Source: Felis catus
Taxonomy: Eukaryota
DNA: 64,000 nt
Direction of reading: 5' to 3'
Assembly: GCF_018350175.1 (NCBI RefSeq)
Contig: NC_058368.1
Coordinates: 10,602,001 to 10,666,000, forward strand
Part shown: positions 63,881 through 64,000 of the stretch, piece after piece
Numbering within the stretch: the stretch's first letter is position 1
How the letters are laid out: each line of letters starts with the position of its first letter
Made by a program: the position numbers and the translations under genes
Notes under the pieces: generated by a model
Told to the model about the DNA's origin: nothing
The model's input: only the letters and a program-made list of their open reading frames with translations
The model's database searches: none

Positions 63881-64000
63881 TTAACCCAAGCATTTGTAAA
63901 TGTTTGGTTACATTTTTGTTCCCAGCTGTGAAAAGAGAATTCCAAAAACACATACCTCATAGAGTTGCAAGACTGGAATACTTTAGTCCATTTAAAGCAC

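Noticed and set aside
1..64000. CRISPR array, operon or other prokaryote-type system
   Set aside because: No regularly spaced repeats with unique spacers and no gene-dense ORFs; the sequence is clearly mammalian and repeat-rich

Overview
Mammalian genomic DNA from a felid (cat-like). It carries about 23 tRNA-derived CAN-SINEs, including the young cat-type subfamily with the 'CTTCAGCCAGG' head, plus carnivore and older L1 LINEs, L2, MIR, MaLR/ERVL solo LTRs and hAT transposon relics. I could not recognise any host protein-coding gene. Every ORF I could assign comes from SINE or L1 sequence and the rest look like chance ORFs, so the window is most likely intergenic or deep intronic. I found no CRISPR, rRNA or true tRNA genes and no convincing new biological system. 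The best-supported points of interest are records of L1 enzymology: a 35-nt U2 snRNA retrocopy with a target-site duplication (TSD), a twin-primed 5'-inverted L1, a TSD-bounded ~6 kb L1 whose 5'UTR/ORF1 junction holds a foreign chimeric patch, a young L1 3' end with an open ORF2 C-terminus, and several SINEs with odd junctions. Weaker candidates are a TEAD/AP-1/ETS motif cluster, a TE-poor block and a few possible exons. Repeat family names come from remembered consensus similarity, not a database search, and boundaries of old repeats are approximate.
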